This document shows, piece after piece, positions 37,673 through 52,411 of a stretch of DNA of 64,000 nucleotides. The notes under the pieces are model-generated. The model was not told the origin of the DNA and made no database searches. It was given only the letters and a program-made list of their open reading frames with translations. The first letter of the stretch is position 1. Every line of letters starts with the position of its first letter. Made by a program: the position numbers and the translations under genes. The DNA is from Tricharina praecox (taxonomy: Eukaryota), in assembly GCF_024521635.1 (NCBI RefSeq), contig NW_026250413.1, positions 930,001 through 994,000 of the forward strand, given 5' to 3'.

Positions 37673-39190
37673 TATATCTCTCCCGTGCACACACACGACG
37701 GAAGGGGGGCAGGGGGGGGGGCACTGGGCAAGGTCTCGCTTGTACCGTAACCAGGCAGACGAGCTGAAGTTTGATGCCCGCCAAGGAGAGCTTATGCCAA
37801 TCTGCGAATTTACTCTATTCCAAGCGGTGAATAGAAGAAAGTTTATGCATATTCGCGTGTCGAATTGGTTAGTTGCGGTCTCCGGTGGGGAGGAGACTCG
37901 GAGATGCGACTTGGCGCTAGGTGGCCGGCGTTCTCACTGCATGCCCAGCTACAGAGGCTTCACATCTCCACCGTTCACAGCCACTCCGGATCACTCCGGT
38001 AACATGAGGAATGCTCGTATTGATGTCCAAATCGTATGTACTCCGTACGCCTGGTATATAGATCCAGTATGAACCGGCGATCTCCAGCCGGTGCAGAGCT
38101 TCTATGTAGGTAGACACGCATCATCACTCACTCACTCGGAGAATAACTAGTAGTCTGCTCCGAAAGTTTACCGCGTGCTATGTCTACCGGTATATATAGA
38201 GTACCTACGCTACTGTAGGTACAGTGCATACCGGTATCTCACCGGTATGTAGCTTGTGGAATAACAACACAGAGACCACGCAGAATACCTAGCAAAGACA
38301 ACAGAATGATATTTGTTTAGGCGTCTCTCAACCTTACTTGCACCTTCCCGGTGAGCCCTCGGTGGTAAACCGCCAAAGCCGTTGCGGCAAGCGGGTCAAA
38401 ACCCAGTATATAAACAGAGTCACTGTTCAAGCATAACTTCACGCCGTCACTCCAGGCAAGTCCCGCTCTCCATGATGAACTACCTATCATTCCCTCAGAA
38501 GCTTTTATACTTAGTACACGTGCATGCAAGCTCCAGCAATCAACGATGAAAGGCAATTAAGCATCCTCAAGGCTCATCCACGGTAAGTTACCACAAGCCC
38601 GTAACAACCGAGTCCCGCCATCTCGCACCCAAGCCTTCGCCTTCACCTTCATCAACACTTCGCCTTCCATGCCAATTCCCCATCCCCATCCCCATCCCTA
38701 TCTATAGTACCATGTATACCACCTATACCGCACATATCTTTACAAATTTCCCGCGCTTGAATCTGGTCCACGGCCGGGTCCAAACGCACAGATACCATGA
38801 AAAGCAAGTACTAACTAAGTAGAGGTCATAACGCAGCGCAACGCAATCAGAAACCACCTTTGCACTGCACATCCGTCATGGGTAGTCATTGTACAAGATC
38901 TCAAAGACCGAGTAAATGTCCGTTCCGTCGACATGCAAATGCAAAATGCAAAGTAAAAGCGTCAGATGAAAAAGTAAAAGGAAAAGGACATGTGAAAAGA
39001 AAGAAGAAAAAACGGCCAGATGAAAAAGAAAAGGGGCATATGAAAAAAGAAACAGAAACAGAAACAGTCAATTGGTAAAGAACGAAAAAGGGTACTAAAA
39101 CGCCGGCTCATGCCTCGAAAGGAATCACAACTTCCATTTATCACCATCCATGCCGCCCAACTCCATGGACGACGCCTGCTCACCCGTTTC

Positions 39191-41455
39191 CTATTCGAGC
39201 GAGACTTCCTGGGCCGCCTGGAGCTGGCGTTCCGCAACCTCGACACGGTAGCTCGCGATCTCCGCCTCGCGCTTGCTCTTCTCCCAGGCGTAGAGTCCCT
39301 TGCGTTTCTTCTCCTGAGAGATGCGCACCTCTTCCTCGAGCTTGACCTGTTCCGCGCGCAGGCGGGTCAAGCGGTCCTCGCTCGCCTTGTCGATGGGCGG
39401 GAGGAGTTTGCCGCCGGGGATGAGAGTTCCTGGACCGGTTGCAGCGGGGACATACCGGACTGGCGCCTGCGCGGGGAGCGAAGTGCGGTAAGGGAAGTTG
39501 CCAGCGCGGGGACCAGTGGGAATTGCGGTTGGCTGAGGGGTGGCGGATTGGGTGGCGGGGTTGCCAACGCCAACGGCGGATCCACGTCTCGGGCCGAGCG
39601 GGGGAGCAGGTGGCGTGGGTCTCTGCTGTGGAACGGGGGGACCGCGGTTGATCGGTGGCTGCTGCTGGGCACGGGGTGGTCCGAATCCTCCACCACCACG
39701 GGGATGCGTGGGTGGGGCCCTTCCACCGACACCGGAGGGACCTCTCGGAGCAGCGGGAGGAGCACCGTTGGTAGGTGCAGCCGCAGACGACAGATGCTGC
39801 AGACGGTCAGGGTGAATTCCTTGGCCATTAATCGGTGGCTGTGGCGGAATGTCATTTCTAGGACCTCTCGGGGGCGAGCGGGCTCTTGACGGCGGGGAGC
39901 GATGGGCAGAGGGTGGGCAGGCCGGCGACTGTGGTCCACGGGAATTGGCTCCAGATCCAGGAATGGCAGGCGATCCAGGGAACCATCTCGGAGGTGGGCG
40001 GGGCGACTCGTGGCGGGACTCGGCGTTGCGAGCCGGAGATCGTGAGCGAGGACGAGACGGCGGCATCTGCGGCGATGGTTCAACGGCTCTAGTCACTGGA
40101 GACGCTGCGGTTCGCGGTGTGGGCTCCTCCACGGGACTCTTCGACCTCGATTTAGCACGGGCAACTGGACGCTGAGCCGGCGGAGTATGAGAACGTCCTC
40201 TCCTCGTGGCAGCCGGACCATTCGGCGTACGAGCACGCGGCTGATACGGCGAACGGGCTCGAGCACTGCTGCTCGTCCAACGATCACCAGCTCCTGGACC
40301 TCCACCGCGACGATAATCTCCTCCACCGCGACCGAATCCTCCACCTCCACCGCGGTATGGCGACCTCGACCTGCGGCGAGGGCCGGTGGGCGTCCTCGAA
40401 CGACCTCCACGACGATTCATCGGAGACCTTGGTGAAGCCGATCGTTTCCTTGGGGACCTATCTTTATAGGCAGGACGCGAAGTACTTCTGGTCCTGTCGT
40501 TGATACGGGAGGCGAGCGGGCTCCTCTCTGTTGAACGAGCTCTTCTCGATGTCGGCGGCGGTGAACGGCCCCGTCGGAGAGCTGAAGATGGGGGAGATCT
40601 CTCTTTCGAACGTGGACGACGAGGCGGCGGTGGTGATCTCTCTCTCGATTTGTCCCGGGTGATGACCGGCGACTTCTCCTTCTCCTTGTCTTTTTCTTTC
40701 TCCCTGGAGGTGTCCCTTCTCGTTGCTGCGGGTCCAGTTGGCGGTTGACGCTGAGGTGAGCGGCCCTCTCTAGGTCTCGCGGGAGCTACTGCCGAGCCTG
40801 GGGTAGGAGGAGGCGGCGAATTTCGCTTCTCGCGCACCGGGGACTTATCCTTCTGTCTCGCGACGGCGGGGGACGGAGATCTCCTCCTGAACCTCGGGGA
40901 CCTAGATCCACCTCTCGGGGGCGGCGGGGAGCGTCTCCTTCTCAGCGGAGACCTCGATCTGGAGCGGCGGCGAGGTGGTGGAGATCTGGATCTCGCTCTA
41001 TCCCTCGCGGAATTCCTCGAGATTGAACGTCTCCTTCTCGCAGGCGGTGGTGGGTGGTGTGGTGAGCGGGATCGGGCACGTGCAGGCGGCGGTGGGGAAC
41101 GGGAAAAGCGACGACGCGGAACCCAGCTGTCGCTGCGTAGAGGAGGGGGTGGGGAGCGCGAGGGACGACGGCGGATGGTGGGGACATACGAGTCGATACC
41201 ACCGAAGTCTCGGTATCTGCACAGCACGCCGAAACGAGTAAGCATCATTGTTCGAGCTGCAAGATACGAACGGGATAGCCTGAGTAGTCAGGGAACATAC
41301 CTCCTGTCCCTGTCCCTATCGCGGTCTCTGTCACGGTCGCGGTCACGATCTCTGTCGCGGTCGCGGTCCCTATCCCTATCTCGGTCGCGTTCTCTGTCCC
41401 TGTCCCTCTCACGGTCCCTGTCCCTCTCCCGATCGCGTTCTCTGTCCCTATCCAT
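39191..41455 (-). CDS. Arg/Asp- and Arg/Ser/Pro-rich protein with a C-terminal coiled coil (SR-related, probably nuclear); complement(join(39191..41216,41301..41455)), 726 aa
   Basis: Long ORF with many RSRSP repeats. Exon 1 encodes a (DR/ER)n tract and the 84-nt GTATGT..CAG intron keeps frame. The C-terminus RLTRLRAEQVKLEEEVRISQEKKRKGLYAWEK...RVEVAERQL looks like a conserved coiled coil. No specific orthology recognised. Confidence 0.78.
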
Positions 41456-42173
41456 TATTATTATTGCTGCTTGGTAATCGATAGGAATTGTTTTGAGAAT
41501 CTGAAAATAGAAGTGGTTGTCGTTGAGGGAAGTCGTTTGCCCGGGTTGGTTGTGTGTGCAGATGAGTAGTATGAGGTGAAGAGGTCGGACGCAGAAACGA
41601 GCGAGAGCTCGTTGCAAAAATCCAGATGTGGCTAGCTTCATTCATGTTCCCTGCCACACCTGCACCAGCTTCTTTGGACCTCAAGAGCGTTCAATTTCTG
41701 GCGTCATCGAGCAAGTGACAAGAAGATCATGAAAGCTAGGTATCAGAGAATCCTACTCACTCGTTTCCTCTCAGATATCCTTTGGCCGGCAAACCGTAAC
41801 TTTCGGCTCACCTTTCACGAAATCCTATTCAACATAGGGTCTCGTAGGGACTTATACCGACTCGTACCGCTACTCACACGGCATCACCTAACGATCTGCC
41901 CAGCGAACCGTTTGCAACAGTTCACAAGCAAGCCAAGGCCTCGACCTCGAAGAAACGATATAAAATCCGTACTAGAATTGGTATAAAAGCCCTGTAACTA
42001 CAAAATCATATGTCTGGTATAAGTACGTATGTGTGTATCATACCAAATGGAATGGATCTATCAGGTCGTAACGAAGCAAGCAAATATCCCCATGCCAACC
42101 CAGTTCACAATTTTTTTCTCTATCCTCGTCTCATCATCCCCACACCGTACACAATATTCTCTACACTCATCAT

Positions 42174-43713
42174 CTAGTGCTTTCCGGTAGGTACCTCGCC
42201 GGTGAGCGCCGCGACTGCTTCCTTGGCCCTGTATGTAGTCAGTATCAGTTGGCTTGGTGGAAGTGCCGGGGAAACTTACATGTCACCGAGTCCGACCATG
42301 CAGACCGTCTGCCAGACACCGAGTCCGATCCTGGGGGTGACACCACGGTAGAGACCCTTGATTCCGTTGAAGGAGTAAATGTACTTGGCGGCCTTCATGA
42401 CAGTCAGGTTCTTCGGCCTGTTGGGGTCGGGCTTCTTCGACTGCATCTCCACACGGATGACCTCGATGGGCTGGTTCCACGCAGAGAGACCTCCTCCGAT
42501 AGCGGAGGCCAAAATCTTCTCCATAGCACTGAGCCTATCTCCTTCCGCCTTGCCCGTGATATCACGAATTCCCTGCTCTGCCAGGCGCGCAAGACCGAAT
42601 CTGCTTCCCCAGTTGGTCATCTGGCGGATGGCGACGGCATTGACTCCCTTGTTGATACCGGCGATACCCTCCTTGCGGTAGATATCGGCGAAAACGACGA
42701 AGGTCGAAGGAGGCTTGATGCCGGACATGGCCTGCTTGGTGCGGGTGATTTCAACCGTCTTCATGCATGTGCAGAATCCCATCGTGGCATACGCCTGCGC
42801 AACACCTCCGATGACACCTCCGGAGATACCCGCAGTGAAGTTTCCGGCGCCGAGAGTACGGGCGTAGTATCTGCCACCCCGCACTCAATTAGCTAGCTGG
42901 CAGTTGCGCGGGAATCGTCGGGACGTACTCGGCCTCGGCGGCCACGAAGAGGAGCACAGCACCCTTGGTGGAAGCTTCAATCCAGGCCTGCAGGATCCTT
43001 GCATTAGCCTCACGAATCCAATCATTCCCGGAGCACATGTCACGCCGGAGAAACAAGCGCCAAGCCGAGTTTCTCCACCGGAGCGACAAGTGCAACCTCG
43101 GAAGTAGAACACAAAAAGCGAGAGGAAACTAACCCACGGGATCAACCCCTGGTAGACTTGTCGTCGGGAGAGCGAATGTCAGCGTGTGGTTCTCGATGTA
43201 TGCTGCGGAGTTGTATGTGGGGACTTACACCCAAAGGGTCCTCCACGCCCCCAGGTCTTCGTGACCGCCGTTACGATGTTGTCGCCACGGTTAGCCGCCA
43301 TATGAGTCTACCGAGCACAGTCAAGTCAGTCCTTCTGCATCGATCGCGAGAGAGGGGTGCGAGGAGATAATCACCTTGATGACCTCGAGCGGCTATTGTC
43401 AGGCGAAAAAGAAGCTGTTAGCTGGCTGTTCGCATCCTCAACCCAATTGCTCTGCGGAACATCATACCTGGCCCAAGGTGGTAACCCTATGGAGAATCAA
43501 ACGTCAGTCACCTTCCCTCATTGCACCAACCCACGCCTTCCAACGAGAGTACTTACTCGAACATGTTCAAACCGGCTCCGACTGTGCAGCATCCATCGTC
43601 AGCGAGTGGTCCATTCCCGGATGGACCCCGATGGGTAGGAACTTACGGAGCAAGTTCGAGAAGCTCACGGGCTTCTTCTCCAACTTCTGGGGAACAGCTG
43701 CTGCGGCGGCCAT
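42174..43713 (-). CDS. YHM2: Mitochondrial citrate/oxoglutarate carrier Yhm2; complement(join(42174..42228,42280..42870,42929..42987,43134..43156,43229..43307,43375..43392,43468..43486,43557..43581,43647..43713)), 311 aa
   Basis: Spliced product [38 protein letters not shown]...[22 protein letters not shown]...QAYATMGFCTCMKTVEIT...NAVAIRQMTNWGSRFG...WNQPIEVIRVEMQS...LYRGVTPRIGLG matches Yhm2. The exons sum to 936 nt in frame. Confidence 0.93.
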
Positions 43714-44658
43714 CGTTATTTGTGTGCGGTGTCAAGGGCCCTGACCAAGGACGACTGTAGTGGGATGGATTGGAGGGTTCGAAGCTGGAATGGAGCTGAG
43801 AGTGTTGGGTTCGACGGCGAGGAAGACCGAGAAGGACCGAGGCGCGGACGGGAGTGGTGTAGAGTGGTGAGTGGGGTGAAGAGAGAGTTGGTTGCAACGG
43901 GAATGGATGAGGAGTGAGGGGAGATTTATGTATGCAGCACAGCAGGCCAGACGGCAAAGGACACTTCGGTTGCAGTGTGAAGGCGGATAGATAGGGGATC
44001 AAGAGAAGAAGAGGAAGAGGACCGAAGAAGTGCAAGTAACTTTACCTGCTCGCAGCTCTCCTTACCTCTTAGGGACTCTATCTTAGTCTGGCATCTCTTT
44101 CCTGCGGGAGAAGCTCGTGATTTGTTGAGTTTGGACAGCTCGCCCTTTTTTTTTTCTTCGGTTCCTTGCTCACTCAGGGCATTTGGGATTGCAGGGGGAA
44201 CAGGGTGCCTCAACAACATGCAATTAGAGCGCCAGCTATTCCCACTTGCGGTTACCGACTAAACTCCACGTCGAGGGGACTTCTGGGCAGTGGAGATGGT
44301 ATGTAACATACGTGCTCGCAGCCCAGAAGTACAAAGGCATCGCCGACAGGCAGTACCGCAGTTATGCCAAAGCCGGAATCTCCTCAGCTTGCACCAGTGC
44401 ACATGTGATCGCACCCTTCGATGTATTTCTGATTGCGGCCCTTTTATCTCGCCAAGGGCATGGTCCATTGCTACACATCCACAGTGTCCGGGCCCGAGCT
44501 CCTCGGCAAATCGTTTGAGGTGCCGTCGGTATCATGTTTGCCAGCCGGGCCACATGCGAGCCGAACATCCCCCACTTTTCGTGAGATAAACCGAAGGCAT
44601 AACTAATTCTACAGACCAGAGTGGATCGCGCTTGTCGACAAAGTGCTCGAGCGAGAGG

Positions 44659-47251
<2,593 letters not shown>

Positions 47252-47387
47252 TAGTGGGTTGAGTGATTATCTATGAATATGTCCTACAGACAAGTAGCGC
47301 ATCGCCAGGTATCTAGTGTCGAATCGACTGAACGGAATATCTACATCTTGGTGAACCTCTTGCTTCCTCTCCGACTGTAGTCATAGC

Positions 47388-48124
47388 ATGACTCAGTCTC
47401 GCGCGGCATTTTCCGGCACGACATCCGACCCCATTGACCCGACTCTCGCCAATGACGGTACCAGTATTCCGAATTGGCATGATACCTGCTTTATGTATGT
47501 GAAGCGGGGTGCATCCAGATTAGCCGCACACCTCCATGTTCCTACACCCTGAAGAAGTACCGGTATGCTCTAGGTAAGCATACGAGGGCACGGTAGCACA
47601 AACATAAGCGTTTTCTCCACTCATCGTTCGTTCGTTTGGCGGATGATGGCCATTGGCCATGGATGTAACTATGGATGATGGACGGTTCCTGGAATGCAGC
47701 CGGCAATACTTTCGGATATACCGTACATAACAAGCCACAGCGGACACGAATCGACTGTCAAGCAAACGCAATGGTCCCTCCCGTAAGCTGTAGTTAGTCA
47801 TGTCGTTTTCTTTGCTCGGATTCTCTCTCTCAATCTCTTTCTCTTTCTCGGACGATTCGTCGATGATGAACGAACCGAAGCACGTCGTTGCGTTATATCT
47901 CCACTTGTGACTACATAGCTCGCCCTTCCTCGGGTACTAACACGTATGATCTCGCACGGGCAGGGGGCAGCTGCTTAAAGGCACGCGGGGTCGCCAAGTT
48001 TTCGTCGATTGTCTTTCTGCAAGGATTTTTTGGTTGGTGGTGGTGCGATCGGGGGCCGCGGCAATCTAACGGCTTGCTCGTTTTTTTCTCTCGTTCTTTC
48101 TCGTGCTCTGACTGCACTGACTCA
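47388..48124. promoter_or_regulatory. Gcn4/CpcA (cross-pathway control) elements upstream of ILV2
   Basis: ATGACTCA 47388-47395 and TGACTCA 48118-48124 (190 nt before the ATG), plus variant TTAGTCAT near 47794. This is expected for an amino-acid biosynthesis gene. Confidence 0.6.
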
Positions 48125-48313
48125 ACCACAAAAACCTACTCTTCTCCTGCCAACACCCACCCCCCGAAAGCCAACCCATTCTATCCAGCAAGCAAGCAAG
48201 CATCGTGTCTTTCTAAGCTTTTTGCTTCCACTATCCACTCCCTCAATCCAAGAGATCCCTCTCGAGCGCACTCATCTCACTCTTAACGGCACACATTCAC
48301 CACCTCCGCCACA

Positions 48314-50704
48314 ATGCTCCGGTCACCCGCCCGGGCGTCGATTCGATGCCTCTCACGAAGCCAGATTGTAAGGTCTGCTACGGCCAACACCACAAAGTTC
48401 TTCCAGACTTCCACTGCACCGGCAGCTATTTCGCCGTACAACAGACCAGCTGGCGCTGCTGAGCTCCCAAAGCGCACCCGGAAACAATCGACAGCCACTG
48501 CTCCGTGAGGCTCCACAATCCTACTACCGCGAGGTACTCGCCCAGAGCTTTGTGACTGATACTTGCTTGGCTACAGCGCTACAAGACCTATTCCTTCACC
48601 GGCCTTCAATGCTATCCCCGATACACCGGCGGCCACGCATAATGTCCACCCTTTGCGGGGGAGCAAGCAGCCCGAGATGGATGACTCGTGAGTCACCCTG
48701 AGTGGATTGGATGTGTGGTCGGTCGAGTCATACTGACATACTTGGCTTTGTAGTATGGTGGGAATGTCGGGTGGTGAAATCTTCCACGAGATGATGCTGC
48801 GGCATAACGTGAAACACATCTGTTTGTCGTCCTGAGCTCCTGAAAGAAATAATTTTTGCGGGTTGATTCTGATTCTGACTCATCATAGTTGGTTACCCTG
48901 GTGGAGCCATCTTGCCTGTGTTCGACGCCATCTACAACTCCAAGCACTTCGAGTTCATCCTGCCCCGACACGAGCAGGGTGCTGGACACATGGCGGAGGG
49001 CTATGCTCGTGCGTCTGGAAAGCCCGGTGTCGTCCTTGTGACATCCGGCCCGGGTGCTACTAACGTTATCACCCCCCTCCAGGATGCACTCAGCGACGGA
49101 ACACCGCTTGTCGTCTTCTGCGGGCAGGTCCCGACCACGGCGATTGGTACCGACGCTTTCCAGGAGGCTGATGTTATCGGTATCTCGCGTGCGTGCACCA
49201 AGTGGAACGTCATGGTCAAGAATGTTGCCGAGCTTCCTCGGCGTATCAACGAGGCGTTCGAGATCGCCACTTCCGGACGACCCGGTCCTGTCCTCGTCGA
49301 TCTGCCCAAGGATGTCACTGCTGCCATCCTGAGACAACCCATCCCCTTAGCCTCCAACCTGCCTGCCAACCCCTCCGCCGCTTCCGTCGCCGCGCGCGCC
49401 TTGAACAAGGAGCACTTGGACGCTACCATCAAGAAGGTTGCGGATCTCCTCGCTGTCGCCAAGAAGCCCGTGATCTACGCCGGCCAGGGTATCCTCCAGA
49501 AGCCTGAGGGCCCTGCCCTGCTTCGCGAGTTGGCGGACAAGTGTAAGATTCCTGTCACGACCACTTTGCAGGGACTCGGTGCCTACGATGAGCTCGAGGA
49601 GAAGTCCCTGCACATGTTGGGTATGCACGGATCTGCCTACGCCAACTTGGCTATGCAGGAGTCGGATTTGATTCTCGCTCTCGGTGCCCGTTTCGATGAC
49701 CGTGTCACTGGAAACATCGCCAAGTTCGCACCCCAGGCTAAGGCTGCCGCCGCTGAGGGACGTGGTGGTATCATCCACTTCGAGATCATGCCCAAGAACA
49801 TCAACAAGGTTGTCCAAGCCACCGAGGCCGTTGAGGGTGATGTCGCCGACAACCTCGCCCTTTTGATCCCCCAGCTCAAGGCCGTCGATAGCCGACAGGA
49901 ATGGTTCGCCCAGATCGCCGACTGGAAGAAGCGCTACCCTTTCGAGTTCGAGCGTGAGACTCCCGGAGGACCGATCAAGCCTCAGACCGTCATCCAGGAG
50001 ATCTCGAAACAGACCGCCAGCTTCAAGAAGGACGTCATCATCACCACCGGTGTCGGTCAGCACCAGATGTGGACTGCCCAGCACTTCCGCTGGAGACACC
50101 CGCGGTCGATGGTCACCTCTGGTGGTCTGGGAACCATGGGCTTCGGTCTCCCCTCTGCCATCGGTGCCAAGATCGCCCGCCCCGACGCTATCGTGATCGA
50201 CATTGACGGCGATGCCTCGTTCAACATGTCGTTGCAGGAGTTGTCAACGGCCTCCCAGTTCAACATTGGTGTCAAGATCTTGGTTCTGAACAACGAGGAG
50301 CAGGGAATGGTCACTCAGTGGCAGAACTTGTTCTACGAGAACCGATTCTCGTGGACCCATCAGTCCAACCCCGACTTTGTCAAGCTGGCCGATGCTATGC
50401 ACATGACTGGTATGCGGTGTGACAAGCTGGAGGAGCTGCCCGCCACCATCAAGAAGTGGCTCGAGACCGACGGCCCCGTGCTGTTGGAGGTTGTCGTTGA
50501 CGTAAGTTCCATTCGTTTACCACCTTGTAGTTGACAGATTTAACACCCACACAGAAGAAGGTGCCCGTCCTGCCTATGGTGCCCGCCGGCAAGGCTCTGC
50601 ACGAGTTCCTGGTGTACGACCCCGACACTGAGGTTTTGCGGAAAAATGCTTTGAAGCTGCGGTACCCCGATGGAAAATACCACGAGGCCCCTAAGTCTGA
50701 CTGA
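48314..50704 (+). CDS. ILV2: Acetolactate synthase catalytic subunit, mitochondrial precursor; join(48314..48504,48577..48687,48754..48821,48889..50501,50555..50704), 710 aa
   Basis: FGYPGGAILPVFDAI, RHEQGAGHMAEGYARASG, TSGPGATN, FQEAD, LHMLGMHG, RFDDRVTG, GVGQHQMW, TSGGLGTMGFGLP, TPP motif DGDASFNM..NNEEQGMV. The N-terminus is an Arg/Ser-rich transit peptide. Confidence 0.96.
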
Positions 50705-51319
50705 TTGATCTGATTGGGCTCTGGATATGTTGTCGTTTTCCTATCGAAAAGTACTATCGTCGTCTGCATACCATTTTCTGTACAAACATTTCTATTTTCT
50801 TCCTTTTTTTTCTTTCACTTTACTACAGCGATTTGGGATTTGGTTTCGGGATTGATGTTATGCTGCTTGCTGCTTGCTGGTTTTGTGTTTTTGGCATCGT
50901 CGCTTTAGGTATAGGAATGGGAAGTACCGGATAGGAGGGCTGGGTTTGGTTGGGTGATCGAATTGCAGCTATTGCGTTTATGTTCATTTTCGTGTTCAGT
51001 GTGCAGATGTGAAGACGTGAAATTATCGTGAAGATGATGTACCTAGTGGTGATGGTCAGTCAGTGGTTCCATCTCGGTCGGCGGTCTCTGCCTGCACTCC
51101 CTTCGGACCGTATGCGATGGCAGCCTCATGTTAAACGATTGAATAGCTTGAACTCCGCTATCACTCTAGTTTATCATGTGCGAAGCCAGTGGTGGAGAAT
51201 CGCGAGACAATTACTTCTCAAGCTTTTGGTAGCTACGAATAGCTGGTGGTTGATGGCTATTGACGGTAGAGTCTCCTTCTAGGCTTTAGCACATGTAAGG
51301 GACGGACTTTTGTCACCTT

Positions 51320-51331
51320 GGGTTAGGGTTT
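51320..51331. promoter_or_regulatory. Telobox-like GGGTTAGGGTTT element upstream of RRP4
   Basis: Reverse complement is AAACCCTAACCC, ~120 nt before the RRP4 ATG. It matches Tbf1-type binding sites. Confidence 0.35.
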
Positions 51332-51448
51332 CTGATCCATGTTGCACCAACTGATTGGCGGCGCGTCAAACTGAGGCTGCTGCTGCACGAACCTTTCTCC
51401 TCGCCCTCACCCACCCCACCAAGCACCCCACCCCCACCACCACCGAAG

Positions 51449-52411
51449 ATGCCGATCTCCATCCACGGGCCGACCGCGCCCCCCAAACTCTTCTCGCTCC
51501 TCCCATCGCGGCACACCGACGACGCGATGGACACGGACCTGGACTCGCCGTCCACCTCGCTCGTAACCCCCGGCGAAACGATCACCAGCGACCCACAGTG
51601 GATGCGCGGGCACGGCACGTACCTCTCGCGGTCCGCGGCGCTCCCGCCGTCGATCATCGCATCGCTCAGCGGCACGATCCAGAAGACCAACAAGCTTTTG
51701 TCGGTAGTGCCGCTGCGCTCGCGGTACCACCCCGAGATCGGCGACCTCGTCGTCGGCCGCATCGTCGAGGTCCAGTCGAAGCGCTGGAAGGTCGATATCT
51801 GCAGCCTCCAGTCCGCCGCCTTGCTGCTGAGCAGCATCAACCTCCCCGGCGGAATCCTAAGGAAGCGGACGAGCACGGATGAGCTGCAGATCCGCACGTT
51901 CTTTGCTGAGGGCGAGCTGCTCGTCGCGGAGGTCCAGAGTCTGTTTCAGGATGGAGGGGCGAGCTTGCATACCCGCAGTCTGAAGTATGGGAAGCTCCGC
52001 AATGGGTACCTCGTCACTGTGCCGGCGGGGTGTGTGCGCCGCGCGCGGAGCCAGCTGGTTACACTTGCGGCAACGGATATTGAGGTCGTTCTGGGCGTCA
52101 ATGGGATGGTGTGGATTCAGGTCAAGAAGGCAGGCGCCGAGGGGAAGGACGGCGAGGCTACTGAGGAGATGTATTCCGACAAGAACGATTACATCACGCC
52201 CGAGAAGCGGAGGGAGATTGCGCGCGTGGGCGCCTGTGTTAGGGCCATGGTCAGGTGCGGCCTCAGGGTCGATGAGGACCTGCTGAACGCGGTGTATGAG
52301 GCGGCTGTTGAGGAGGCCGAGGGGGAGATGGACGAGAATGCGGATGAGAGCCTCGAGGGCGAGAAGGGCCGGCTGGTGGTCGAACGCGCGGTCGCAAGGA
52401 GGTTGGTGTAG
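51449..52411 (+). CDS. RRP4: Exosome cap subunit Rrp4, single exon, 320 aa
   Basis: [112 protein letters not shown]. Confidence 0.95.
   Translation: MPISIHGPTAPPKLFSLLPSRHTDDAMDTDLDSPSTSLVTPGETITSDPQWMRGHGTYLSRSAALPPSIIASLSGTIQKTNKLLSVVPLRSRYHPEIGDLVVGRIVEVQSKRWKVDICSLQSAALLLSSINLPGGILRKRTSTDELQIRTFFAEGELLVAEVQSLFQDGGASLHTRSLKYGKLRNGYLVTVPAGCVRRARSQLVTLAATDIEVVLGVNGMVWIQVKKAGAEGKDGEATEEMYSDKNDYITPEKRREIARVGACVRAMVRCGLRVDEDLLNAVYEAAVEEAEGEMDENADESLEGEKGRLVVERAVARRLV

Noticed and set aside
43770-43820. GGTTCGA motifs (also near 62795) as tRNA T-loops
   Set aside because: No cloverleaf stems or D-loop can be formed around them.
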